Source: an uncultured Bacteroidaceae bacterium (lineage in GTDB: Bacteria > Bacteroidota > Bacteroidia > Bacteroidales > Bacteroidaceae). Taken from it: 64,000 nucleotides of DNA. Each line of letters opens with the position of its first letter. The stretch's first letter is position 1. Below are positions 10,258 through 18,178 of this stretch, in pieces. The notes below the pieces were generated by a model that searched no databases, was not told the origin of the DNA, and saw only the letters and a list, made by a program, of their open reading frames with translations. Location: NCBI GenBank assembly GCA_964470845.1, contig CAYYEL010000004.1:13-64012 (forward strand). The letters run 5' to 3'. Position numbers and translations under genes: made by a program.

Positions 10258-10420
10258 GCGAAACAATATCAAGCTCTGCTTGAATATTTTTCAAAGCGAA
10301 TACAAGATATATTCGAGGTTTACCTCAAATATTACAAAAGAATGAGCGAAACAATATCAAGCTCTGCTTGAATATTTTTCAAAGCGAATACAAGATATAT
10401 TCGAGGTTTACCTCAAATAT
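10253..10420. repeat. Perfect 80-bp tandem duplication (88-bp period) between the sigma and anti-sigma genes
   Basis: 10253-10332 is identical to 10341-10420. The first copy starts inside the last codons and stop of the sigma gene. Its core is related to the repeat units at 22.3, 27.2 and 57.2 kb. Confidence 0.9.
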
Positions 10421-10438
10421 AATATAAGGAGTTTAATT

Positions 10439-11005
10439 ATGGATGAAAAAAGATTAAAAATAATGATTGAGCGTTTTTTCGATGCACAGCTAAGCATCGA
10501 AGAGGAGCGCGAATTATATTGCTATCTACGCGAGAATGACGTCCCGGCTGAACTCCGCAAGGATAAACAAGCAATAATAGCCCTGTGCAGCGAGCCCTCG
10601 ACAATCACGTCATCCGACGAAGCACTTATGCGTCTCGAAGCGATGATTGATGCTTTGGGCAGCGAACAACAGACGCAGTCTGCAGCACCCGATATTATTT
10701 CGGCACCCAAGAAGAAGATAATAAAAATACCACGCTTCGTCTATCGAGGTGTTGCAGCAGCAGCCATCTTTGCATTGTGCCTCATTATATTCACAAACAC
10801 CCCTCAACAAAGAGACTGCGAGCTTGCCACAATGACCGAGGAAGACACTTTCGACACCCCCGAGGAGGCCTTGGAATGTGTTAAAGCCTCATTCGACCTT
10901 GTGCTTATGGCAGCAAATACAACCAACCACAGTAGTCGAGCCATAGGCAACACCCTTGAACAAGCAATCGCCATACACAGCAAAAAAGATATTTCTAACA
11001 GATAA
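10439..11005 (+). CDS. Putative anti-sigma factor (single-pass membrane protein)
   Basis: 188 aa immediately after the ECF sigma gene, with a central TM segment (AAAIFALCLIIF). Confidence 0.5.
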   Translation: MDEKRLKIMIERFFDAQLSIEEERELYCYLRENDVPAELRKDKQAIIALCSEPSTITSSDEALMRLEAMIDALGSEQQTQSAAPDIISAPKKKIIKIPRFVYRGVAAAAIFALCLIIFTNTPQQRDCELATMTEEDTFDTPEEALECVKASFDLVLMAANTTNHSSRAIGNTLEQAIAIHSKKDISNR

Positions 11006-11017
11006 AATATTATAAAT

Positions 11018-11554
11018 ATGAAACGTAATATATTACTTTCAATCATAATATTGATGTTGACATTGCTCGCCACCAACGCCAATGCCCGGCATCAACAACC
11101 CGACAAAAAAAAAAGCGAGGTTGAGAAATTCATACAAAGTGTAACGCGTATAAAATCAAACGAGATAGACTATGCCTACATCTCGACGAATATGTTCAAA
11201 CAGATGTTTGCAATGCTATCAGAATCAATCGAAGGAATTGACATAAACAAACAATTCGGTTCGATAAAGAGTGTACGACGTTTCCAGACAACAGGCGACG
11301 AAGGCTACAAAAAACTCACAACCGCCCTATCACCCTTTTTACAAGATGATGAACAGGTAATGGGAATGGAGCTTATGGCACTGAACCGAGAAGATGGAAT
11401 TGTATCGGCAATATACAGCGACAAAAAGAGCCTCCTTGTGATAAACAACGACAATGAAGAAACATTGACAGTAGTCTTTATTGTAGGCCTCTCGTACGAA
11501 ACATTTATGCAAATATCATCCGATGGTATAGACGCTTCAGAACTAATCTTTTAA
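11018..11554 (+). CDS. DUF4252-like secreted protein
   Basis: 178 aa with a signal peptide. DYAYISTNMFKQMF and the C-terminal pattern are typical of DUF4252 proteins found with ECF/anti-sigma pairs in Bacteroidota. The CDS contains an A10 run. Confidence 0.6.
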   Translation: MKRNILLSIIILMLTLLATNANARHQQPDKKKSEVEKFIQSVTRIKSNEIDYAYISTNMFKQMFAMLSESIEGIDINKQFGSIKSVRRFQTTGDEGYKKLTTALSPFLQDDEQVMGMELMALNREDGIVSAIYSDKKSLLVINNDNEETLTVVFIVGLSYETFMQISSDGIDASELIF

Positions 11555-11566
11555 TAATATTTAAAT

Positions 11567-13141
11567 ATGAAAAAATATATAACCGCACTGTTTTTACTGC
11601 TCCTATTGTCATCAAATACCACAAATGCACAGGAGGCCGACACAGTTGCCATTAAAAAGTTTTTATACGAGTTAGAAAAGCTCGATGGCCAATATGTAAC
11701 CTATGAGAAGATTACCAAAGAGAAACTATTGAATAGTATTGTGGTACAAGTAAATGAACAAACCGACAATGCGCTTGGCAATCTCGATGGAAAAGACATC
11801 TTCGAGAGAGAGTTTACAATGGTAAATATAACCTCGGAAGAGGAAGCCGGATACAATAAACTGAACACACTTTTAGAGCATTACGACGCCTACTCGACCG
11901 AGGAGCTGTTCGGCATTCCACTCACAGCCAATCAGCGCGAAGATGGCACCGAGACAATTGTTTTTATGAACGATAATCACTCCATTATGATAAACAACTT
12001 TCTCGATGAAAAAGAGATTGAAATTCTATACTGCGATTATAATTTAATGGAAATAATCCAGAATATTTTGGTCGATTTTGTCGAGAGCATAGAAGAAAAC
12101 ATTGACAATAGTTTCTGCGGGGCGCTATCGGGGATTGAGGATGTAAATTTCTCACTATCGCTTTTCGGCAAAGAGAATATTACAATAAATGGTCGAAAAG
12201 AACCCGACGCATCACAAGAGACAAAAAATATCGGATGCAGTGCCAAGGAAATTCTTTCAGCCGTCGAAAGCAGTTACGATAGTACGATAAGCCGGTTCGA
12301 GAACAGTACCAAGAGTAATAAAGATGAGATTCAAGAGAGAATAAATGAGCTTAAAGAAGAAAAAGAGGCCAAGCTCGCAGAGCTTACAAACACTCTTAAC
12401 AGCATCGACGTTCCATATTTTATACAGAATCCATTGACTAAAGATGTATATGTTGCAATTCCCACACTGACCGAAGAATTATCGGCCCTGCGCGGCCCGC
12501 ACGCCGAGAACGGCATATACGATTGGATAACATCGACAGGCTTTGGAAAAAGCGTAGCAAACAACAACACCGGCCAAGAGTGTGCAATTATCACCCCGAA
12601 GGATATTCTGCAAAAATATGCCACAGAATATTACCCCGAGACAAATTGGACATTCTGCGGCTACCCCACCTACAAAGAGACATTCGTAACAAAATATCAG
12701 GGCGGCACTCCGGCTGTGCTCTACCGTAAGTCGATAGACGAAAAAGGCTATAACCTGATGCTTGCCGACATTGGACCTCTTTTCAACCTTAAATTAGGGG
12801 AGAGCCACAAAAATATGAAGGTTACACAAAATAGCAGACGCGAGAGCAACGGCAACCGATTCGTGCGATTATATGGCGAGGACGGCACTACCCTGTATCT
12901 GCTCGACCTTCCCGGAGAGCAACAATGCCTGATGACAATTATTATCGGACACGAAGATTTTGAAAATGCTGTAAACGACTGCAAGGTAGGAGAAGAAGAA
13001 AACATTGCCGACAAATACAATATAATAATAAACGAAAATGGAATAAGATTCAGCAACGAGGAATATTACTACTATCCCAAGAAACATAAGAACGGTGTAC
13101 ACATTGATTTTGGCTTTGCAATTAAATATACAAAAGAATAA
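11567..13141 (+). CDS. Hypothetical secreted protein; N-terminal DUF4252-like region plus about 350-aa unknown extension
   Basis: 524 aa with a signal peptide. Residues about 90-165 align by eye with the preceding DUF4252 protein (GYNKLNTLL...NQREDGTETIVFMNDNHSIMINN versus GYKKLTTAL...NREDGIVSAIYSDKKSLLVINN). Confidence 0.5.
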   Translation: MKKYITALFLLLLLSSNTTNAQEADTVAIKKFLYELEKLDGQYVTYEKITKEKLLNSIVVQVNEQTDNALGNLDGKDIFEREFTMVNITSEEEAGYNKLNTLLEHYDAYSTEELFGIPLTANQREDGTETIVFMNDNHSIMINNFLDEKEIEILYCDYNLMEIIQNILVDFVESIEENIDNSFCGALSGIEDVNFSLSLFGKENITINGRKEPDASQETKNIGCSAKEILSAVESSYDSTISRFENSTKSNKDEIQERINELKEEKEAKLAELTNTLNSIDVPYFIQNPLTKDVYVAIPTLTEELSALRGPHAENGIYDWITSTGFGKSVANNNTGQECAIITPKDILQKYATEYYPETNWTFCGYPTYKETFVTKYQGGTPAVLYRKSIDEKGYNLMLADIGPLFNLKLGESHKNMKVTQNSRRESNGNRFVRLYGEDGTTLYLLDLPGEQQCLMTIIIGHEDFENAVNDCKVGEEENIADKYNIIINENGIRFSNEEYYYYPKKHKNGVHIDFGFAIKYTKE

Positions 13142-13154
13142 AAGATAAAAGACT

Positions 13155-14120
13155 ATGAAACAAAAAATCATTCTGACACTCCTTTTCACTGCAATTGCGA
13201 GTGTTGCAGCATTTGCTCAGATGAGCACACTTGTGGCCTACGATGGAGGTTATTTTGTAAAAAATGGCAAAGAGTGGAACGAATATCGTCCAGCCGACCG
13301 CGCAGGTAAATGGTCGAGCTATAAACAGTACAAAGAGAGCGAGGAATTCTTTTACCTTAAAAACAAAAAGTGTCGATTGGCAATTCCCAAGATTGCAAAA
13401 GATAAAATCTTTATCGACCGCAAAAAAGATGGTAAATGGGAGATAATTTATAATCCTCTCAACATATACCCACTTTGCACCGAACCCGAGGGACTTTTTT
13501 ACTGCTACACAACTGGTGATATTGAGGCCCGTGGTTACTTTGTGCGCGACAATAACATATGGCGCGAGTACCGTCCGTGGATGAAGCGCAGCCGATGGGC
13601 CGAATTTAAGCAATGCGACGAGAATAACGAATATTTTATTGTTGAGAGCGAGCACAACATTGTATATATTCCCCGAAACAAAAAGAACAATTTCATAATA
13701 AAAAAGAAAGATAACAAAAATTGGCAGGCAAGATACACCACAAATGCCATCTACGACCCCTCGGCCGAGTATCGCTACAATTTCTATTTTCTAGCGTCTC
13801 TTACCGAGAAGAGAAAAAATAATTTTGAACAAACAGGTGAAAATGCACGTGTGAGCTTCGACAACAACTGCAACATTCAAATTGCTGTCGATGGTAAATG
13901 TTACAACTTTATATACACTTCAATTGAAAATACCGAGTATAAAGAACAGGAGGCTGTTCTTTTAACAGTAGATGAGAAGAACAAAATATATCTGACAAAC
14001 AACGGTACGTGCTACGTCGATTGTAAAAAGATTGGTAAAAAGATGTTGCTTATTGGGTGCAAAATTCAAAACTATAAGGAGATTGTAAACTATTTAAAGA
14101 GTGGTACTTTTAAATTGTAA
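13155..14120 (+). CDS. Hypothetical secreted protein with internal repeats
   Basis: 321 aa with a signal peptide. Two modules, GGYFVKNGKEWNEYRPADRAGKWSSYKQYKESEEFFYL and RGYFVRDNNIWREYRPWMKRSRWAEFKQCDENNEYFIV, repeat internally. Confidence 0.5.
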   Translation: MKQKIILTLLFTAIASVAAFAQMSTLVAYDGGYFVKNGKEWNEYRPADRAGKWSSYKQYKESEEFFYLKNKKCRLAIPKIAKDKIFIDRKKDGKWEIIYNPLNIYPLCTEPEGLFYCYTTGDIEARGYFVRDNNIWREYRPWMKRSRWAEFKQCDENNEYFIVESEHNIVYIPRNKKNNFIIKKKDNKNWQARYTTNAIYDPSAEYRYNFYFLASLTEKRKNNFEQTGENARVSFDNNCNIQIAVDGKCYNFIYTSIENTEYKEQEAVLLTVDEKNKIYLTNNGTCYVDCKKIGKKMLLIGCKIQNYKEIVNYLKSGTFKL

Positions 14121-14134
14121 GCGACATCCTAATA

Positions 14135-14170
14135 AAAATGGAGTATCAAAAAAACGATACTCCATTTTTA
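14135..14170 (+). terminator. Intrinsic terminator
   Basis: aaaatggagtatc / gatactccatttt stem followed by a T-run. Confidence 0.65.
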
Positions 14171-14370
14171 TTGTAGCTATATAACATCCGTTAAACTCCC
14201 AAAAAATATTTTCTATAAGCTGGATATTAGACAAATAAATTGTTATTTTTGCAAGCAAGAAACTAAAACTTCACCTCACTTACCATTAGGTAATAAAATA
14301 ATATTTAAGTTACTTTACCCAACAACATATTATTTCATTTTTATATCACAAGGTTATAATTTTTTGTTTA

Positions 14371-16110
14371 ATGGTATCTATAAGCAAAGCGACAGAATAT
14401 AATTGGAAAAGATTAAATAGTAATTTTCAGAACAAACTGACTAAAAGAGCAAATAAAACCCAGTCAGTTAAAAGAGTTGTAGCCTCTAATTATATTGATT
14501 ACAATCCCGCAAATCAGTTATTAGAAGTATTATCAACAAGTATTTTCTCTATAGAAGATATAATGTATTCTCTATGCATTGCATATCTTAAACACAATAA
14601 AATTCTTCAGAAAAAGAATGTAGAAAAGTTTATATCCACATACTCTGAATATTCTAATATCGAGTTTAAATTACCATACAAAATATGGGATAGTAAGGAA
14701 GATGTACTTGGATTTATTTATCAATCATTGCTTTCAGAAGGAGAACGTAACCTAACAGGACAATATTATACCAACAAAAAAGTAGTCGAATATATATTAG
14801 AAGAAAAAACACTTGCAGACGGAGAAACATTTCTCGATCCTTGTTGTGGTAGTGGTGCTTTTTTAATGTCGATAAAGACTAACACACCGCAACACCTATA
14901 TGGATTCGATTTAAATCCTGTTGCTGTTATGATTGCAGGTACGAATCTTCTTGTCAAATATAAAGACTATGACTTTACACCTAATATATATTGTTTAGAT
15001 TTTTTACTAATCAATAATCTATTTTCATCTGATATACACAATTTCCCACTTGCTTTTGATAATATATATACTAATCCGCCTTGGGGTGCAGATAAACAAG
15101 AATTATACACGCCTTTCTTTTCTATATTAAAGAGCAAAGAGCGCAGTTCACTCATATTATTAAAATCTATTGAGTTACTAAAGAATAATGGAGAATTAGG
15201 TTTTTTGCTTCCAACGTCATTACTCAAGATTAAGGCACATTGTGGTATTAGAAAATACATTTTATCTAACACTACAATTAGCAGTATTGATCTATTTACA
15301 AATAGATTTGACGGAGTATATACCGACTTTTTCAACTTAAAATTAAAAAAATCAAGACCAAACATACAAGAATATTATGTAAATAACGGAAAGAGTATTT
15401 CAAAAATAAGATTATCAAATCATAATAAATCCAATGATAACATCTTAATAGACCAACTCTCTGACATAGATTATTCCATAATAAATAAAATGGAGGCACT
15501 GCGTAATGATGATTTAAAAAACAGTCAATGGGCATTAGGAATTGTTACAGGTGATAATAAGACTAAAATAAAAAAAGTAAAAGGTGAGGGTTACGAGCCA
15601 ATATATACAGGAAAAGATGTTTCACCATTTACACTTAAAGATGAAACATCGTACATTTTATTTAATATAGGCTCATTTCAACAATGCGCAAAAGAGGAGT
15701 ACTATAGAGCAGCCGAGAAATTGATCTATAGATTTATCGCCAAATATCCAATAGTAGCATATGACAACAAACAATGCTTATGTTTAAATAGTGCAAATAT
15801 CGTTATCCCTAAAATAGATAGTATTTCAATTAAAAGTACAGCAGCTTTATTAAATTCCCAATTGTACCGTTACTATTATATTGTCAAGTTTTCGGATATT
15901 AAAGTACTCAAAGGTAACCTTCAAGAATTACCATTCCCCAAACTCTCTACCGAAGTAAACAATAAATTAGAGAATTTAGTAGATTTAATATCAAAAGACG
16001 GTTATTCAGACGAATATCAAAATCAACTTGATGGCATAGTATATTCTATCTTTGAAATCACTACAAGAGAACAAGAACAAATAGAACAAAGACTGAAAAA
16101 TAAATTATAA
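14371..16110 (+). CDS. N6-adenine DNA methyltransferase (gamma-class, Eco57I/TaqI-like) of a Type II R-M pair
   Basis: 579 aa. Motif I (FLDPCCGSGAFL) precedes motif IV (IYTNPPWG). A long C-terminal region is consistent with a target-recognition domain. Confidence 0.85.
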   Translation: MVSISKATEYNWKRLNSNFQNKLTKRANKTQSVKRVVASNYIDYNPANQLLEVLSTSIFSIEDIMYSLCIAYLKHNKILQKKNVEKFISTYSEYSNIEFKLPYKIWDSKEDVLGFIYQSLLSEGERNLTGQYYTNKKVVEYILEEKTLADGETFLDPCCGSGAFLMSIKTNTPQHLYGFDLNPVAVMIAGTNLLVKYKDYDFTPNIYCLDFLLINNLFSSDIHNFPLAFDNIYTNPPWGADKQELYTPFFSILKSKERSSLILLKSIELLKNNGELGFLLPTSLLKIKAHCGIRKYILSNTTISSIDLFTNRFDGVYTDFFNLKLKKSRPNIQEYYVNNGKSISKIRLSNHNKSNDNILIDQLSDIDYSIINKMEALRNDDLKNSQWALGIVTGDNKTKIKKVKGEGYEPIYTGKDVSPFTLKDETSYILFNIGSFQQCAKEEYYRAAEKLIYRFIAKYPIVAYDNKQCLCLNSANIVIPKIDSISIKSTAALLNSQLYRYYYIVKFSDIKVLKGNLQELPFPKLSTEVNNKLENLVDLISKDGYSDEYQNQLDGIVYSIFEITTREQEQIEQRLKNKL

Positions 16111-16114
16111 AACT

Positions 16115-16849
16115 ATGGAAACACTTATTAAGAGGCTTGAAACATATAAGAAAAAACTATCAATTGAGGAAAGAGAACAATTTAAAGACAATGTATTAGA
16201 CAAATTATATACAGTATATCCATTCAATAAATTCGAATATACTATTTCTCATTTAATCTCAAAAGGAATTATTTCAATAGATGAGTATATAAACATTCGT
16301 GCTGAATATTTGCAACGAAATAGGTATCTGCATCTGTTTGAACTTGCTCCACGTACATTTGGAGAAACTTGGGGACAACAGCATTTAATGGAGCTTGTTC
16401 CTGAATTCCAAATACCAACAAAGGAACTCGACCCCACTTTTAAAGGCGAGTATGACTTACTCTTAAATAATATTCACGTTGAAGTTAAAGCATCAAGAGC
16501 TGTTAAGAAAGTTGGTGGAAGTACACTCGCAAACAAGGCACTTTCGAGCAGTAGCAAGTTTAAGTTTGATATGAATTATCAACAGTTAAAGCCCGGGTGT
16601 TGCGATGTTTTTGTTTGGATTGCTGTATGGCGAGACAAGATAGATTATTGGGTTATATCAAGTAAAGACGTTCAAAGCAACCCACTGCTCAGTAATCAGC
16701 ATCGCGCTTCACAATTATCTGAGACTGGCGAAGTTATTGAAGGACAAATTCATATCAACGACGGTAATTATTCTGATTTTGAAAAATACCGCGTTCCTGT
16801 CAGAGATATTTACAATAAAATTATTGAGATTGGGAGAAAAAACAGATAA
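16115..16849 (+). CDS. Putative Type II restriction endonuclease (PD-(D/E)XK)
   Basis: 244 aa, starting 4 nt after the methyltransferase stop. The candidate catalytic motif is EYDLLLNNIHVEVKAS (D-X9-E-X-K). I recognise no other family. Confidence 0.55.
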   Translation: METLIKRLETYKKKLSIEEREQFKDNVLDKLYTVYPFNKFEYTISHLISKGIISIDEYINIRAEYLQRNRYLHLFELAPRTFGETWGQQHLMELVPEFQIPTKELDPTFKGEYDLLLNNIHVEVKASRAVKKVGGSTLANKALSSSSKFKFDMNYQQLKPGCCDVFVWIAVWRDKIDYWVISSKDVQSNPLLSNQHRASQLSETGEVIEGQIHINDGNYSDFEKYRVPVRDIYNKIIEIGRKNR

Positions 16850-16862
16850 TTCTCCCAATCTC
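16826..16862. terminator. Hairpin overlapping the 3' end of the endonuclease gene
   Basis: gagattgggaga / tctcccaatctc, a 12-bp perfect stem. Confidence 0.5.
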
Positions 16863-16891
16863 AATAATATAATATATGCTGCCGACCGTCC

Positions 16892-18178
16892 TTACTCGCT
16901 ATATTTATAATACCACCAGTAGGTGTGTCCAAACTCTTTTCGTGCATAGTTCGAGCGCACTTGCAGGTCGGGATATTGGCGTTCGAGCTCAATCATACGC
17001 GCCAGCTCTACCCCGGTAGTATCAAGGCTCATCAGTGTGCCGAGCCTCTCAGACGACACATTGAAGCCTCTTAAAGCCGCGGCATATTGCGCTGAAAACT
17101 CGTTGCCACGAGTGTTATTCTTGAGCCCTAAATCAGTGAGCTCTGCACGCAGTGTATCGGCACTTGAGGCAGGATTAAAATCGGATAGTGCCGCTACATA
17201 ATACATCAGCGCCTCTTTATAATGCTGTGGCAGCGTGTCGCTCCCAAGATTGTAGTATTTTGGCAGATTATCGACAAAATCAGTGAGTCGCTTATCGAGC
17301 AATAATCCACACAGGAAATAGTCGGCTGCTGTACGCGACACACTATCGGCCTGTACTATGCGATAAAGATATTCCATAGCATCCTCACCATTATTTCGCT
17401 TAGTACCGATAGCTGTATAAATTGTATCGGGCGACAATGGAGTACGTTGCTGCATAGGTGGCAGCAATCCCTCGACACCATAATATTGCGGGTAGGTAAA
17501 AAGTTTATCACCCATCTGTCGGCACTGCGACAAATAAAATGCCCGAGCGGCTGTAAATTCGTGCGAGGCATTGAGCGAGCGGTGTGCAACATTAAGTGCT
17601 CCCTGAATATCGCCACTTTTGTAGCGGCTGTAAGCAGTTGCTTCCTGCTTAAAGTGTTCGTTTCCGTTGGAAAGACGTCCCGTGAGGCCGAAAAGCAGAA
17701 CAAACAGCATAAGATTGCGCCAAACTATTCTGTTGCCCTCCATCTTAAGATTCTTTATTTTTGCAAATAGTATTCTCTGCAAGAAGAAGGCAATTGATGC
17801 GTATAGGAAAAGACCTATAAGCAGAATTATTATCCAAGATAGGTATTTGGTGTCTCCTGTGTATATGGTTGTGTCAATGTCGGTGATAAAGGCAAGCAGT
17901 AGCGATGCAGGCAGATAGGCCATTGCAGTCCACTCACGCTGAAAGCGTGCTATCTTATTCATCCACCACGACAACAACAATAGGATTGTGGTGGCCGTAA
18001 AAGCCACCACATATCCATTATAGTTCAGCTTTCCTGTTGCTACTTTATCGTATAGTGCCTCAAGCAGTGGCGATTGATATATTGCTATAAATGTAAAGCT
18101 ATATATCGCAAACACACAGGCACACAACAGATTTACGCTACGTTGTAATTTTTTTTCGCCTCGTAGTTCTCTCATCAT
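16892..18178 (-). CDS. Hypothetical polytopic membrane protein, translationally coupled to glgB
   Basis: 428 aa. The N-terminal half has about 6 hydrophobic segments. Its start overlaps the glgB stop by 4 nt (ATGA). Confidence 0.55.
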   Translation of the reverse strand: MMRELRGEKKLQRSVNLLCACVFAIYSFTFIAIYQSPLLEALYDKVATGKLNYNGYVVAFTATTILLLLSWWMNKIARFQREWTAMAYLPASLLLAFITDIDTTIYTGDTKYLSWIIILLIGLFLYASIAFFLQRILFAKIKNLKMEGNRIVWRNLMLFVLLFGLTGRLSNGNEHFKQEATAYSRYKSGDIQGALNVAHRSLNASHEFTAARAFYLSQCRQMGDKLFTYPQYYGVEGLLPPMQQRTPLSPDTIYTAIGTKRNNGEDAMEYLYRIVQADSVSRTAADYFLCGLLLDKRLTDFVDNLPKYYNLGSDTLPQHYKEALMYYVAALSDFNPASSADTLRAELTDLGLKNNTRGNEFSAQYAAALRGFNVSSERLGTLMSLDTTGVELARMIELERQYPDLQVRSNYARKEFGHTYWWYYKYSE

